Shown in pieces: positions 37,201 to 49,200 of a stretch of 64,000 nucleotides of DNA. The translations under genes were made by a program, and so were the position numbers. The stretch's first letter is position 1; each line of letters starts with the position of its first letter. The notes below the pieces were generated by a model. It did not search any database. It was not told the DNA's origin and saw nothing but the letters and a program-made list of their open reading frames with translations. The DNA comes from Paraspadella gotoi (lineage: Eukaryota > Animalia > Chaetognatha): NCBI GenBank assembly GCA_051294375.1, contig CM119271.1, forward strand, positions 1,110,721 to 1,174,720, written 5' to 3'.

Positions 37201-40200
37201 GTATAATTTAAGGTTAAATAGAAAGCATTTTGTTTGATTTTGTTTTAATTTAGAAAAATGATAAGATGAGTTTGAAAATTTGGATCAAGGATTGAGTATT
37301 TTATGTTTGGGAATTAGTTATTACCACCCATTCTCCTAGGCGCTGGTTCAAGTTTGAAAAAAAATATTAAATTAATAAATTAATAATACGCGACAAAAAG
37401 CTTTTTTCGTTCTTTACGATCACGCTGTTTTGTTTTTTTATTTTGTAAACCGTTGTCGGAAGATTATTGCACACTGATGCACACTGCACAGTGATAGGGT
37501 TGTGATGGTGACGGAGAAAAATTATCTTTTGTCGTGCGAAAATGGATGCACACTGAGTTTTGAAAGGTAGGTTCACAAGAACTGGTTCTCTTCTTCGGTA
37601 AAAAGGTGAGTTTTTATTCTTGCACGTTAATTGTCTCACAATTTTTCACTTTTTGCACGATTACTAATTGGAATGAATGGTAGTTTTAGTTATCATTAAC
37701 AGTCAATACTTTCACACTTAACTAAAGTACAAAAACGTATGATTGACTAGATCAAGAAGTTTTAAGAATTTTTTTTTTCAAAGGGAACACCTGGTCAAGT
37801 CGGAATGAAAGGCGAAAAAGGAGTTCCCGGACCAGCGGGGCAAAGGGTGAGTGAAGGACCTTCCTACTGAAGGTTTAAAAAAAAAAATCATGACCACTGG
37901 TACATTATATTATTATTGACAGCTTATTTTTGTTAAGTGCCAAATTTTAGTTGTTATCTGTTGTTATTGTTGTTCGAAACTATCTTACGAAACGCAGAAA
38001 GGCTGTAAACGAAGAAAGACTAGAAATGTTTTTATTAATTATTCTCTTCAGGGTAAACAAGGTTTGCCTGGAGCCGCTGGAGAACCAGGAATGAAGGTGA
38101 GAGAAAAATGATTAAAATTGATAATAATAATAAAGATAATAATAAAAATAGAAATAATAATATTATAATAATAACATCAAATAATCATCATTCTTACAAA
38201 TCAGGGAGAACGAGGCAGCTACGGACGGCCTGGAGGAGATGGTCTACCCGGAACCAAGGGTGACCGGGGTTTTCCCGGCACGTCCGGAATGAAGGGAGAG
38301 CGTGGACCGGCTGGAGGCGGACCCGGTTCCGGTTTGCCGGGACCCAAGGGCGATCCCGGCCCGTCGGGACCCCCGGGACTTCCGGGGCCCAAAGGATATT
38401 CTGGAAGGCCGGGCCAAGACGGAAATCCCGGACCCAAGGGTAAATGATATAATTGTCTTTTCATACAATCGAAACATTTTTTGAAATACTTCATTGATAG
38501 GGAAGCCAGGTACTCTGGGAGTGAATAAACGAGACTGCGATGTCATTATCTTGTAAGAGTGATGGAGGCCTTAATCCACCAAAGCCTGTCCAAAGTCAGG
38601 GGCAAGAAAGCTTATTTATTAAATGAATGAATAATTTTTATATTGCTCGTATCAATTTCATAATATGATAAAATATAATAATATAATATATTATATTCTA
38701 TATATTTTATCATATTATTCGCCAACAACAACAACAACAACTCATCTTAGGCGGGCGAGGTCTTCCCGGCGACACCGGACCGGAGGGAAGAGACGGGAAG
38801 AAGGGAGAACCCGGTTTGCCGGGATTCGACGGGGCGCCGGGTCAAGACGGCAATTCCGGTCGACCCGGTCCGCCGGGATCAAAGGGAGAACCGGGATTCC
38901 CCGGCTTACCCGGTCGCGGTTTGCCGGGTCCCAAAGGAAGAGACGGACCTTCGGGTAAGTTGAAGATTATGTCGGTTTTTTTTTTAGTTTTTTTTTTAGA
39001 CGAAAAATAAGTTTAAATTTGTTTTGCATAAACGGTAAAGATTATCACTATAATAAACGGAAATGTTTCAGACTTTATTTCGTAATTAAATTTTCCGTTG
39101 ATTGTTTCGACGAACTAAAAAATATTTTTTTTCTTTTCTTTAAATGTTGTTTTTTAAAAAGCTTTGTTTTGTTTTGTGTTCTCTCTTCATATACTCATAG
39201 GATATGTAAAAAATGTAATCATTGTTGTCAATGATTTTTTTTTTTTAGGTTTTTCTCTAACAAAACTTCCATCATGCAAACTTTTTTTGTATTTTTTGCA
39301 TCAAGCTTGTATTATAATATTATAATATATAATATAATATAATTATATAATAATATAATTATAATATATAATTTATATACAACTGGATTGAAATGTGAAT
39401 TTGACTTTTTTCTCAGGTCAACCCGGACGAAACGGAGAGAAGGGAGACAGAGGAGAAACTGGTACCCGCGGTGTCCCCGGGGATAACATCAACGGAATCC
39501 CCGGCCGACCCGGTCCCCAGGGACCAAAGGGGGCTAAAGGCAGGGGCGGGCTGGACGGATTGCCAGGAATGAACGGGAGACCGGGAGAGAAGGGTGAGTT
39601 AATTGTAAATAAATTTCAAATAAATGAATCATATCGTATCAGTTTAAAAAGTACAATAATAGTAAATTAAAAAAACTCTGAAATATAACAATTCATTAAT
39701 TGGATAGATTATTGGAAATTAATTGGAATAAATGACCATAGAAAAATTGAAGTTGCTCCGCGAGTTTTCGGGGCGCAACTAAAAAAAAGAGCTCAAAATA
39801 TTTTTTATCAATTTTCGCTTGTAGCAATAAAATTAGCCAAAAGTTAAATTGATCCGCCTCCCAATCCTCTCAGGCGACATCGGCGGTCGATGCGAGAGCT
39901 GCTTGCCGGGAACCAAGGGCGAAAAGGGAATGGCCGGATTGCCGGGAGAAGCCGGATTGCCGGGACCGAGAGGAAACGACGGATCGCCGGGTCGTCTCGG
40001 AGATCGGGGCGAAGACGGTCTTCCGGGATTGCCGGGAAGAATCGGCCCCGCGGTAGGGACGCTTGAATTTGAAGAAACCAACCGCATTTTCAAACAAATA
40101 GTTCTCTCTTTCTCTTTAATAATACTTAGTAGTTAGTACATATTCTGACCTCATGATTCCTTTTGTAGTTTCTCTCTCTCNNNNNNNNNNAAAAAAAAAA

Positions 40201-43200
40201 AAACATTATACTAAAATTAACATTTTTTCGATGCAGTAATTTTGATAAGTATTTAACCAAAAACTATCCTTGTCCCAGGGAGCTCCGGGACAGCCCGGCC
40301 TGGATGGCATCCCCGGTCAAAAAGGTGATCCAGGATACGGAGCTCCGGGTCCAGTTGGTCCAAAAGGAGACCGCGGATTGCCAGGTCTAGAGGGTCCAAC
40401 GGGTCCTCAGGGACAACCCGGTAGAGACGGTTTGCCCGGAGACAAAGGATTACCCGGATTCCCTGGTCAAAAGGTGAAAAAAAAAAACATTAATATTAAC
40501 AAAAAAAACATTACATTAAAAAACATTTAATATAAAACTAAAATAAGATATAACATATACGTATTCAGAACAACAATATTTATTTTACAAATACAAATAT
40601 ATAGATGCTTAAAACTGTATTAATTATTTTTTTTTAATTACAGGGTGATCCTGGTCTTCCTGGAAGAGATGGATTCCCTGGTCAACCAGGTAGCGATGGC
40701 CCAGCCGGACTCAAAGGTGAACCTGGCAGAGGAATTCCTGGACAGAAAGGAGACCGAGGACCTGCTGGCTTGCCAGGTATATTAATTAAACAATACTTTA
40801 ATTCATTTAACTAAACTGATTAATGTCGATTTTTTCTTTTTTCAGCTCCTGCCGGTTTGAAGGGTGAACCCGGACCGAGAGGATACCCAGGACCTTCTGG
40901 TCCGTCAGGTGACAGAGGAGATGACTGCGACGCGGCGAGTCAAGGACCCAAGGGAGACCGTGGACGATCTGGATTACCCGGTCAACCCGGGAAAGATGGA
41001 CTGCCGGGGACACCAGGACCAGATGGCTTGTCTGGATTGCCAGGACAAAAGGGAGATTCGGGAATACCGGGAAGAGACGGCGCCCCTGGTGGAGATTGCT
41101 TGCCTGGAGCTGATGGCATTCCCGGAATCCCAGGACCGAAAGGAGAACCGGGCGTTTCTGGATTTCCTGGCAGAAAGGGAGAAGGTGGCTTGCCAGGTAA
41201 ATTAAGTTATTATACCTGATCAATTACATTTGAATTATTAAATAATTCTTGACTTGGATTTTCTGATTTCCTATAATTATTTATATATTCAATGTTTGTT
41301 GTGTTAAGGATTGCCTGGACAGGATGGGATATCAGGAATTCCTGGACCGAGTGGACAAAAAGGAAAGGACTGTACCGGAGAAGGAAGCAAGGGAGACAGA
41401 GGAAGACCGGGTCTGGATGGAATTCCAGGACCTAAGGTATGTCGTATTAGCAGATTAGTCTTTGCATATTTTTTTTAAAAATTTAAAATACATGTGGACT
41501 TTTAGAATTTTTTAGAATTTTAATTTTTAAAAACTTATAAAAACTTCAAAGCTTATTTTAAAACTCTCTACTTCAAATTATAGTTTTTTCCTATCAAATA
41601 TGATTTCAAGAATAACTACTGAATATACTACTCAATAACTACTCTATATAGCATCAATTTTTTTACCATCCTATCATTTTTCTCATTTTTAGGGAGAGAG
41701 AGGCTTCCCTGGTTCCTCAGGAAACGATGGTCTATCAGGAAAAGACGGACTCCCTGGAGAGCCTGGAAGTGATGGCAGAAACGGTGCTAAGGGAGATGCC
41801 GGCCGTCCAGGTTCGCCCGGAACTCCGGGAGCTAAAGGAGATCCTGGGTTAGGAGGAATACCTGGTCCAAAGGGTGACTCTGGTTTACCTGGACCACGAG
41901 GTATGTGATTTTGAGCTTCAGATTATTTTTTTTTGTTACAGGCAGAAACTATTGAAAAATTTTTTTTAATTATATGTCAGGTCCCAAAGGAGAAATGGGA
42001 GTCATGGGATTTCCTGGTGAACCTGGACGACCTGGACGAGATGGTTTCCCTGGAGGCCGAGGTTCCAAAGGAGATGCCGGTCAAGATGGTCTTTCTGGAG
42101 GACCAGGATTACCTGGCTTGCCAGGAACAAAGGGCAATTCGGGTACAATTCAGTTCAATCAGCTTAGGGCAAAAACATTTCTTAATAAAATTAATGCTTG
42201 CATATTTTTTTTTAGGATTACCTGGATTGCCTGGAGAGGATGGATTGCCAGGGAAAGACGGGTTACCTGGAAAAGATGGTCTCCCTGGTCCATCTGGGTT
42301 GCCTGGCCAAAAAGGAGACGGAGGACGTCCCGGTTTGGACGGCTTGCCCGGTGTACCAGGTGCAAAGGGAGACCCTGGCTACGGCCAGCCAGGTGACACT
42401 GGCCCAAAAGGCGATTCGGGCAGAGATGGCTCGCCCGGTCCTCTCGGCCCTCCAGGATTATCTGGAAAAGATGGTCTCCCAGGATTAGATGGCGCCAAAG
42501 GCGACTCAGGTCTGCCTGGATTGCCTGGTCAAAAGGGAGAATCTGGCCTGCCTGGTCTGCCTGGAGTTAAAGGTGAGTTGATAGATTAGAAATTGTGGCT
42601 CTCTTTTCTCTGAAAGCCCGGTTTCTGTTCCTGTATTTCTGAATCTAATTTTAATTCTAGAATTTAACTTTAATCTATTCCCAAACCTAGAACCCAATCT
42701 CTAAACATAATCCCTCACCTGATCCTTAACCATAACCTAATCTTTAAACCTAAAAACTTCATTCCAAATTTAAGGTGCTTTGGGAAAATAAGGCCGATAT
42801 GGATTGATGATTGATTTTGATAAATTAATCAACAAATTAATCTGTTTTAGGTGATCCCGGTAGAGACGGTCTCAACGGTTTGCCCGGCCCTAAGGGCGAC
42901 TCAGGCCGTCCAGGAAACCAATGTCGAAATGGAGAGTCCGGCCTTCCTGGAGTCAAGGGCGAGGCTGGGTTGCCAGGTCTACCAGGTTTGAAAGGAGACC
43001 GTGGTTTTGACGGGCAACCCGGTCTGTCGGGCAAAGACGGCTTACCCGGAGATAACGGACTCAAGGGTGACGCGGGAAAATGTATCAAGGAAGGTTGTCC
43101 CAACTGCGCGCCTGGAGAAAGGGGTTCCAGGTACATTGGAAATCAGGGATGGATAAGCAGAATTGAGAAAATCAGTTAAATAATCATTCTTAAACATATC

Positions 43201-46200
43201 TCTAAATGTTTGAATTTTTAACTTTTATTTCCTAGTTATCTTTATGGTAGAGATTGAAAGATTTAAATTTTAATTTAAATCAAGTTTAATTTTTAATTTC
43301 AGAGGAGATCCAGGACCGCCTGGAAAGGATGGTGATATATGTTTGGATGGACCAAAGGGAGATACAGGTAAGATATTTGATTGATTAGTAATTATAAGGT
43401 CTTATATCATTTAAGTTTTTTTTTTTTTTTAAATTTTCACAATGTGAAACTAGAAGCAAAACAATTTTTTGACTGATACTTTAACATAAAAGAATTATAC
43501 TCACTATGNNNNNNNNNNNNNNNNNNNNNNNNNNNNNNNNNNNNNNNNNNNNNNNNNNNNNNNNNNNNNNNNNNNNNNNNNNNNNNNNNNNNNNNNNNNN
43601 NNNNNNNNGCTGTTGTGAGATCGCATCCGATGGCATCGTGTTCGTGTTCCTCTGGTATGAAAATCAGGTTTGTGACGACGAAATCTTCTTTAAATGTTTT
43701 TTCTTTTTTCACATCGTTCCTCGTCGAGTGCCGTGCCGCGTGGTCCGTGGTTTTTTACAATCGTAAACGGTTATCTGTCTGTCAAAAACGTTGTCATTTT
43801 GTTTTGCATTCGCGATTGTGAAAATGGTTATGAGGGCGATCGCTTTTAAAAGCATTTTGCTTAAAAGTTTTTGCTTTTGCTTTGCTGGATTTTTCTGCTT
43901 TTGTTTTGCTCGGACTGAGTTGTAACAGATTTTGTGATTTTCGTTCGCCGTTGTGATCTTTTTTTTTTTTTTTTTTTTTGTGTGTCGTCGTCGTCGTCGT
44001 TCACCTCGTCTGGTTTTTCGTGCCTCGATCGTCGTCGTTTTGGGTTCATCCGTCTGGGTTAGGGAGATGACGGTTGAAAATTGACCGGGGTGCTGATAGT
44101 GACGTTGATGATGATGATGATGATGATGATGCTGGGATTCGCTAGGGGTTGAGCGTTTAGGGTCGAGAGGTAGTTACGTGATGATGATGATGATTTAGTT
44201 TCGGGTTTTGTCGTTTATTTTACGTCTAGGGTCCGGGCCTTGTTGATCTTTTGTTTCACCTTTTTTTTCTTCTTTCTTTTTCTAGGAGTTGAAAGTGTTT
44301 GAGTCGCCTCCGGCGGCTTTTTAGGCCGACGTCTGTGGTAGATGAGGCGTTGTCCATTTACGGAGACGGCGAAATGATTTCCGTCCTTTTCAACAATTTT
44401 GTGTGGGCCGGTGTAGATTGTGCGGACTTTGTTTGCCGCTGGCGTTGCTCCTGTGCGTACGAGATCGCGCGTAACATCATAGCTCGGTCCCGACCTTTAG
44501 CATTTTTGGGTCTCGGAAGGGATTTCTTTCTTTTTTCAGTGCGGTGAAGTTCGAGTCTTTGTTCAGCGATTCGGCGTCTTGCTTCGGCCTGTCTGTCTTC
44601 TCTACGTTTTGCCGTAAGTCTGCTAAATATTCATAAGTCTCTTCTTCCGGATTTTCGACGATGCGCGGTCGGTTTCCAAATTGTATTTCATGCGTGCTCA
44701 TATTGGTTTTCCATCCTGTGATTGGAGTTGAGTTTAGTAAAAGCATGAGATGTGGAAGGGCTTTGGACCAGCCATTTGGGTCGTCATCTAAAGCTTTGCG
44801 GAGTGCTTGTCGGATTCTTCCGATATCTCTCTCCGCTCTGTTGCTATTTTTGCGTGCGACGAGGACTTTTTCTTCCGCTCATGCTTAGTAAATTAATAAG
44901 CCTTTCATTTCTTCGCCATTGAGGGAAGTTGCTCCATCAAAATTTATTTCAAGGTAGCTGCCATGGAGAAGAAAAATGTGCTTGTCCAAGGCTGTGACGA
45001 TGTGGGTCGCATCTGCTCGCCTCAGTGGTATTGCCCAGGTGTAAGCGGATGCGTTGTCAGATGCAACAAGTACGTGGCTGCTTCCGCCGCTCGGTGGCAA
45101 ATGCATTACATCTATACATAGAGATTCCCAGGGAACGAGTGCTATGGTCGGAGATGGGTCGGTCTCGTTGAAATGTATTTCGTCCGTTGTTCTCCGACAC
45201 AGGTCACAGCTTATGACGACCGCCGCGCACGTGCTGACCATATAAGGTGCTGCAACGTATTGCGAAACGAGATATGCGGACCGGTCTCGTCCTGGATGTC
45301 CCATTTTCCTATGTATTTTCTCGACGATCTCCCGTAAGTTTTTTTGTGGAATAATGTATCTCGTTGTTCGAGTATCGTCGTTGAAGCCGATGATGCACAA
45401 GATTCCGTCTCTGGTGACATGTAGATCGTCTGCGTTTTTTTGCAGGAAGATTTGTGTTTGTGATAAGGCTTTTCTGTCGATTGAATTGAAATGCGTTTTT
45501 ACCGCCTCGATTCCATGGTGGTCGAAAATAGTTCTTGCCTCTTAATGTCCTTGTCCTCGCTTTGCCAACGTTTGACGTCGTTCTTTAGCGGGAGTAGACG
45601 TGGATCTCTTGGGCATGGATCGTTGAGTTCGTCGATGAGGTCTGGGATGTCAATGTCTATCGATGCTTCCATGGCCGAGTCGAGTATGAGTTCGGTTTCG
45701 TTTTGGTTTTCTTCCGCGCCATGTTCGTCTTCATCGTCATCTCTCCCGTCTCTGTTATCGTTGTTTTCGTTTTGGCTTCTGTTTGTCTCCTCGTCTGAGG
45801 GTTGTGACGGTGGTCCGGCGGTTCGCATGTAATCCGGGGCGGAGATGCAGGCGGTCCTGTGGGCGGTCCTGGCGTTTTTGTCGATAATTGCGGGTCGGTG
45901 GGTGGGGCGGCGTAAGGTGGTTCGGCTGTTTGCTCATTTGAAGTTGGCGATTGTGGTCTGGTTGCATATTTTTGTGACTTTGGTTTTATCTGGCAAGACG
46001 TATCGATGACGACTGTATCCTGTGGCATGAGTTCCCTTGTGCGCTTGTGGGCGGTGTGGCGAAACTTCCCTCTGAGGGTCTCCCGTCTTGTCTTCTGCGT
46101 CTTGCGCCCTCTCTAATGTCATCAAGGGTGATATTGGTAATTTCAATTTTGTTTACGTCATCATCCTCGTCTTTTGTTGCCGCTCTGATGATGGCTTGGG

Positions 46201-49200
46201 TGTCACTAATAAGTGATGCTTGATTTTGTAACTGTCCTGAAATCTTTATTTGTCTGTTTTCCCTGTTTCCATAGACTTTTTCAAATTTGCAGCCTGTTGG
46301 AGTTGTGGAGTCTTCGTCCAGGATTTTGATGCAAAGTCCAGATACTTCGGCTAGTATTTCGAGTTCTGGGTGACCTAAGGACCAGTCTTTTGCTGAGATT
46401 GTTCTTATGAATGTGTCAGCGTCTTTTGTTTTTGGTAACCCGTATAACATTTTAATGTTTTTCTTTTTTTCTTCAAAAACTTCTCGTACTTTTTTTGAAA
46501 AATTTGTTCTAAATGCTTTTTCATCTATTTTTAGGATGGAGGCGACGATGGAGAGTGTTGGTGCTCCACCAACTCTCAGCTCGAGGTGGCCGGGCCAAGT
46601 TTCCCCACTGATTGATCCTCTGTGTATCCTCTTTCGTATGAGCCTTCCATGTCAAAGCCAGCGGTTAGGAAAGGTGTGTCGAGTGGAGTGATCTGGCCCT
46701 GGTCCGTGAATCTTGTCAAGAAGTCTGCTGGGTTATCTTCGCTTTTCACTAAGATGACTTCGCTTGGATGACATTCTTGCTTGATTTCGGTTATCCACCT
46801 CAGTACATTTGTTGGTAGGAGTTGTTGCTTGTCGTGCTGCAAGTCCATGATTCTTTTAAAATATTGGGAATCTGTTACCAATGTGACTCGTCTTCCACAA
46901 GTGTAGCCCTTAAATTTGCGTACCATCATGTTAAAGGCCAAGGTCTCAAGAATGTTTATATGTTTTATACGATATTCCTCCGGAAACGATTTAGAGTGGA
47001 AGCAGAGTGGGTATTCGATTCCATTCGCCGATGCCGTAATGAGGCCTCCCATGGCGCTGGTGCTTGCATCAGCGTAGATTTTATATTCGCCATTTCTTAT
47101 TTTTGCATCGTTTAAGAAATTCAGGCCTGGCGTCGTTTTTATCTCTTCGATTAGAGTTTCTAGCGCTTGCTTGTGCTTTTCTTCGAATCGAAAATTTGCT
47201 TTGTCGACGAGTGTCAAGGCATGGAGGGGTTGTGCGAGATAGGAAAACCTGTGGGTGAAACACCTGTAATAGTTTAACGAGGCAAGGAGTGCTCGTAGGT
47301 CCTTTTGCGTTTTCACTTCCTTGAGCTTCACCTCCGCTTCATCTAGTTTTTCTTTTTGAGGGCGGAGTTTGTCTTGGGAGATGCTGAACCCGAGAATTTT
47401 TATGTCATCTTTTCTGAGAAGGACGCTTTTTGTCCATTTGAGTACGACATTCTCTCTTCGGCATATTTCCAAGAATTCTCGCAGTCTGTCTGCCATTTCC
47501 TCTGGCGTTTTTGCCGTGAGGATGAGATCATCTACATATATGAGAAAACTTTTTACGTCTCGGCCCAGATCGGCGAAGATCTCATCTAAGATCGCTTGGA
47601 GGACGTTGACGCTGTTGACGCCTCCCATGGGAAGTTTATTCATGTGCCAGTTGTGTCCCGCTCCAGCGAAAGCAGTGACTGGCTTGCATCTTTCTGTTAG
47701 ATTTACTTGGTGAAAACACGCAAGAATGTCCACTGAGCATTGTAGTTCATGAGGCCTATATTCTTCGAGTATGGAGGCGATTGTTTGCGGCTCGGTGGCA
47801 AAAGTTGAAATATTGTCGTTTACTGCGGAGAGATCGCAAATTAGTCTCCATTGTTTTGCAAACGTTTCGTCGTCCATTTGTTCTTGGCCATGCGCTATAT
47901 GGTTTGGTTTTTTTATTAGGAACGCGTTAGAGTAAGCTTCGCCTGATGTTCTGGAGACGACTCCGGCTTCCTCATAGACCTCAAGATATCTTTTGAGGGC
48001 TGCCTTTTTTACGGGGCCTTGGTTTACAAATCTTGGCTTCGGTAGATCTTCAGTTGTATAGCCGAGGTCGACTTTGTAGTTTAAGAACCCTTCTTTGCAA
48101 TCGCTGATGGATTCGCCAAAGACGTCGCGAAATTCCCATACTGTTTCCCAAACCATGTCGGCTTTGTCAATGAATGCTGGGTCCACTTCTTTAAAGGGGC
48201 GTAGAAATTCTTGCTTTCCTCTCTTGTCGTGTTTCTGGCGTCTTTTTTCTCTGGCACACTCGGCTGCTTTCAGTTCGTCAGCTGATGGTTTGTGTTTTAT
48301 AATCTTTGTCGGAGGGATGTTTTCCTTCCTCGCTCGTCTTAGCTTGGGCCTGTCGCCTGTTAAGTCTGCTTGTACAGGTCTTGCTGTACATTCCGGTTCT
48401 AGTTGTAGATCCGTTTTTGCTTCCTCGGTTACTATCAATCTTGCTGTTCCCCATTCGCCTGGTTTGCCTGGAAGTTCTATACCTTGTTTAAGGTCTTCGC
48501 CTGATATGGAGCAGGCGACTTCGCCGTCTTTTGATTCTATAAGCCATTTGGCATCCGCTAATGATTTCCAGTACGTTCGTGCTGCTCTCACTGTGAGATT
48601 GCTTGTTTCATTTCTTTCGGCGAACAGGGGGATGATGGTTTTCTCGTCAATGCATCTGTGTGCCAGCCATCTGGCGGCTTTCAGTGCTGCCTGTTTGTCT
48701 TTAAACAGGTGGGTTATCGGCCTCCCGTCCATACGAGCTACTTGGAGGTCCTTTTGTTCGGCCGGCGAGACGATCCACATTTCAGAAGGTGGGCCTGGGT
48801 CTGTAGTAGCCGTTCCTATGATGACGTCTTTGTCATCTCGGTCAGGCGAGACGAAGAAGACCGTGTCAAGTAGCCAATTTTGGAACATGACCCTGAGGTT
48901 TATCCTCTCCCGGATTGTGATCGTTCCGTTTCCCGTAGTAACTCTCAGCGGTGGGCCAGTGTAAACCTTGCTTGTAAGCGACCATTCATCTATAAATTTT
49001 TGCGGGNNNNNNNNNNTTGAGGCGCCTGTGTCATACAAACAGCTGGCAGGCGCTCCATTTACCACCGCCGGTATGTAGCTGTTTCTTGAGAAACAAATGC
49101 TTCTTTCGGTGTCATCCCTGGGTTGTGGAGGACTTAATGTAGTTTCTGTCCTTTGAGTGTTTGGGCCATACGGGAGTGGGGGGGGGGGTTTCTCATCCTT

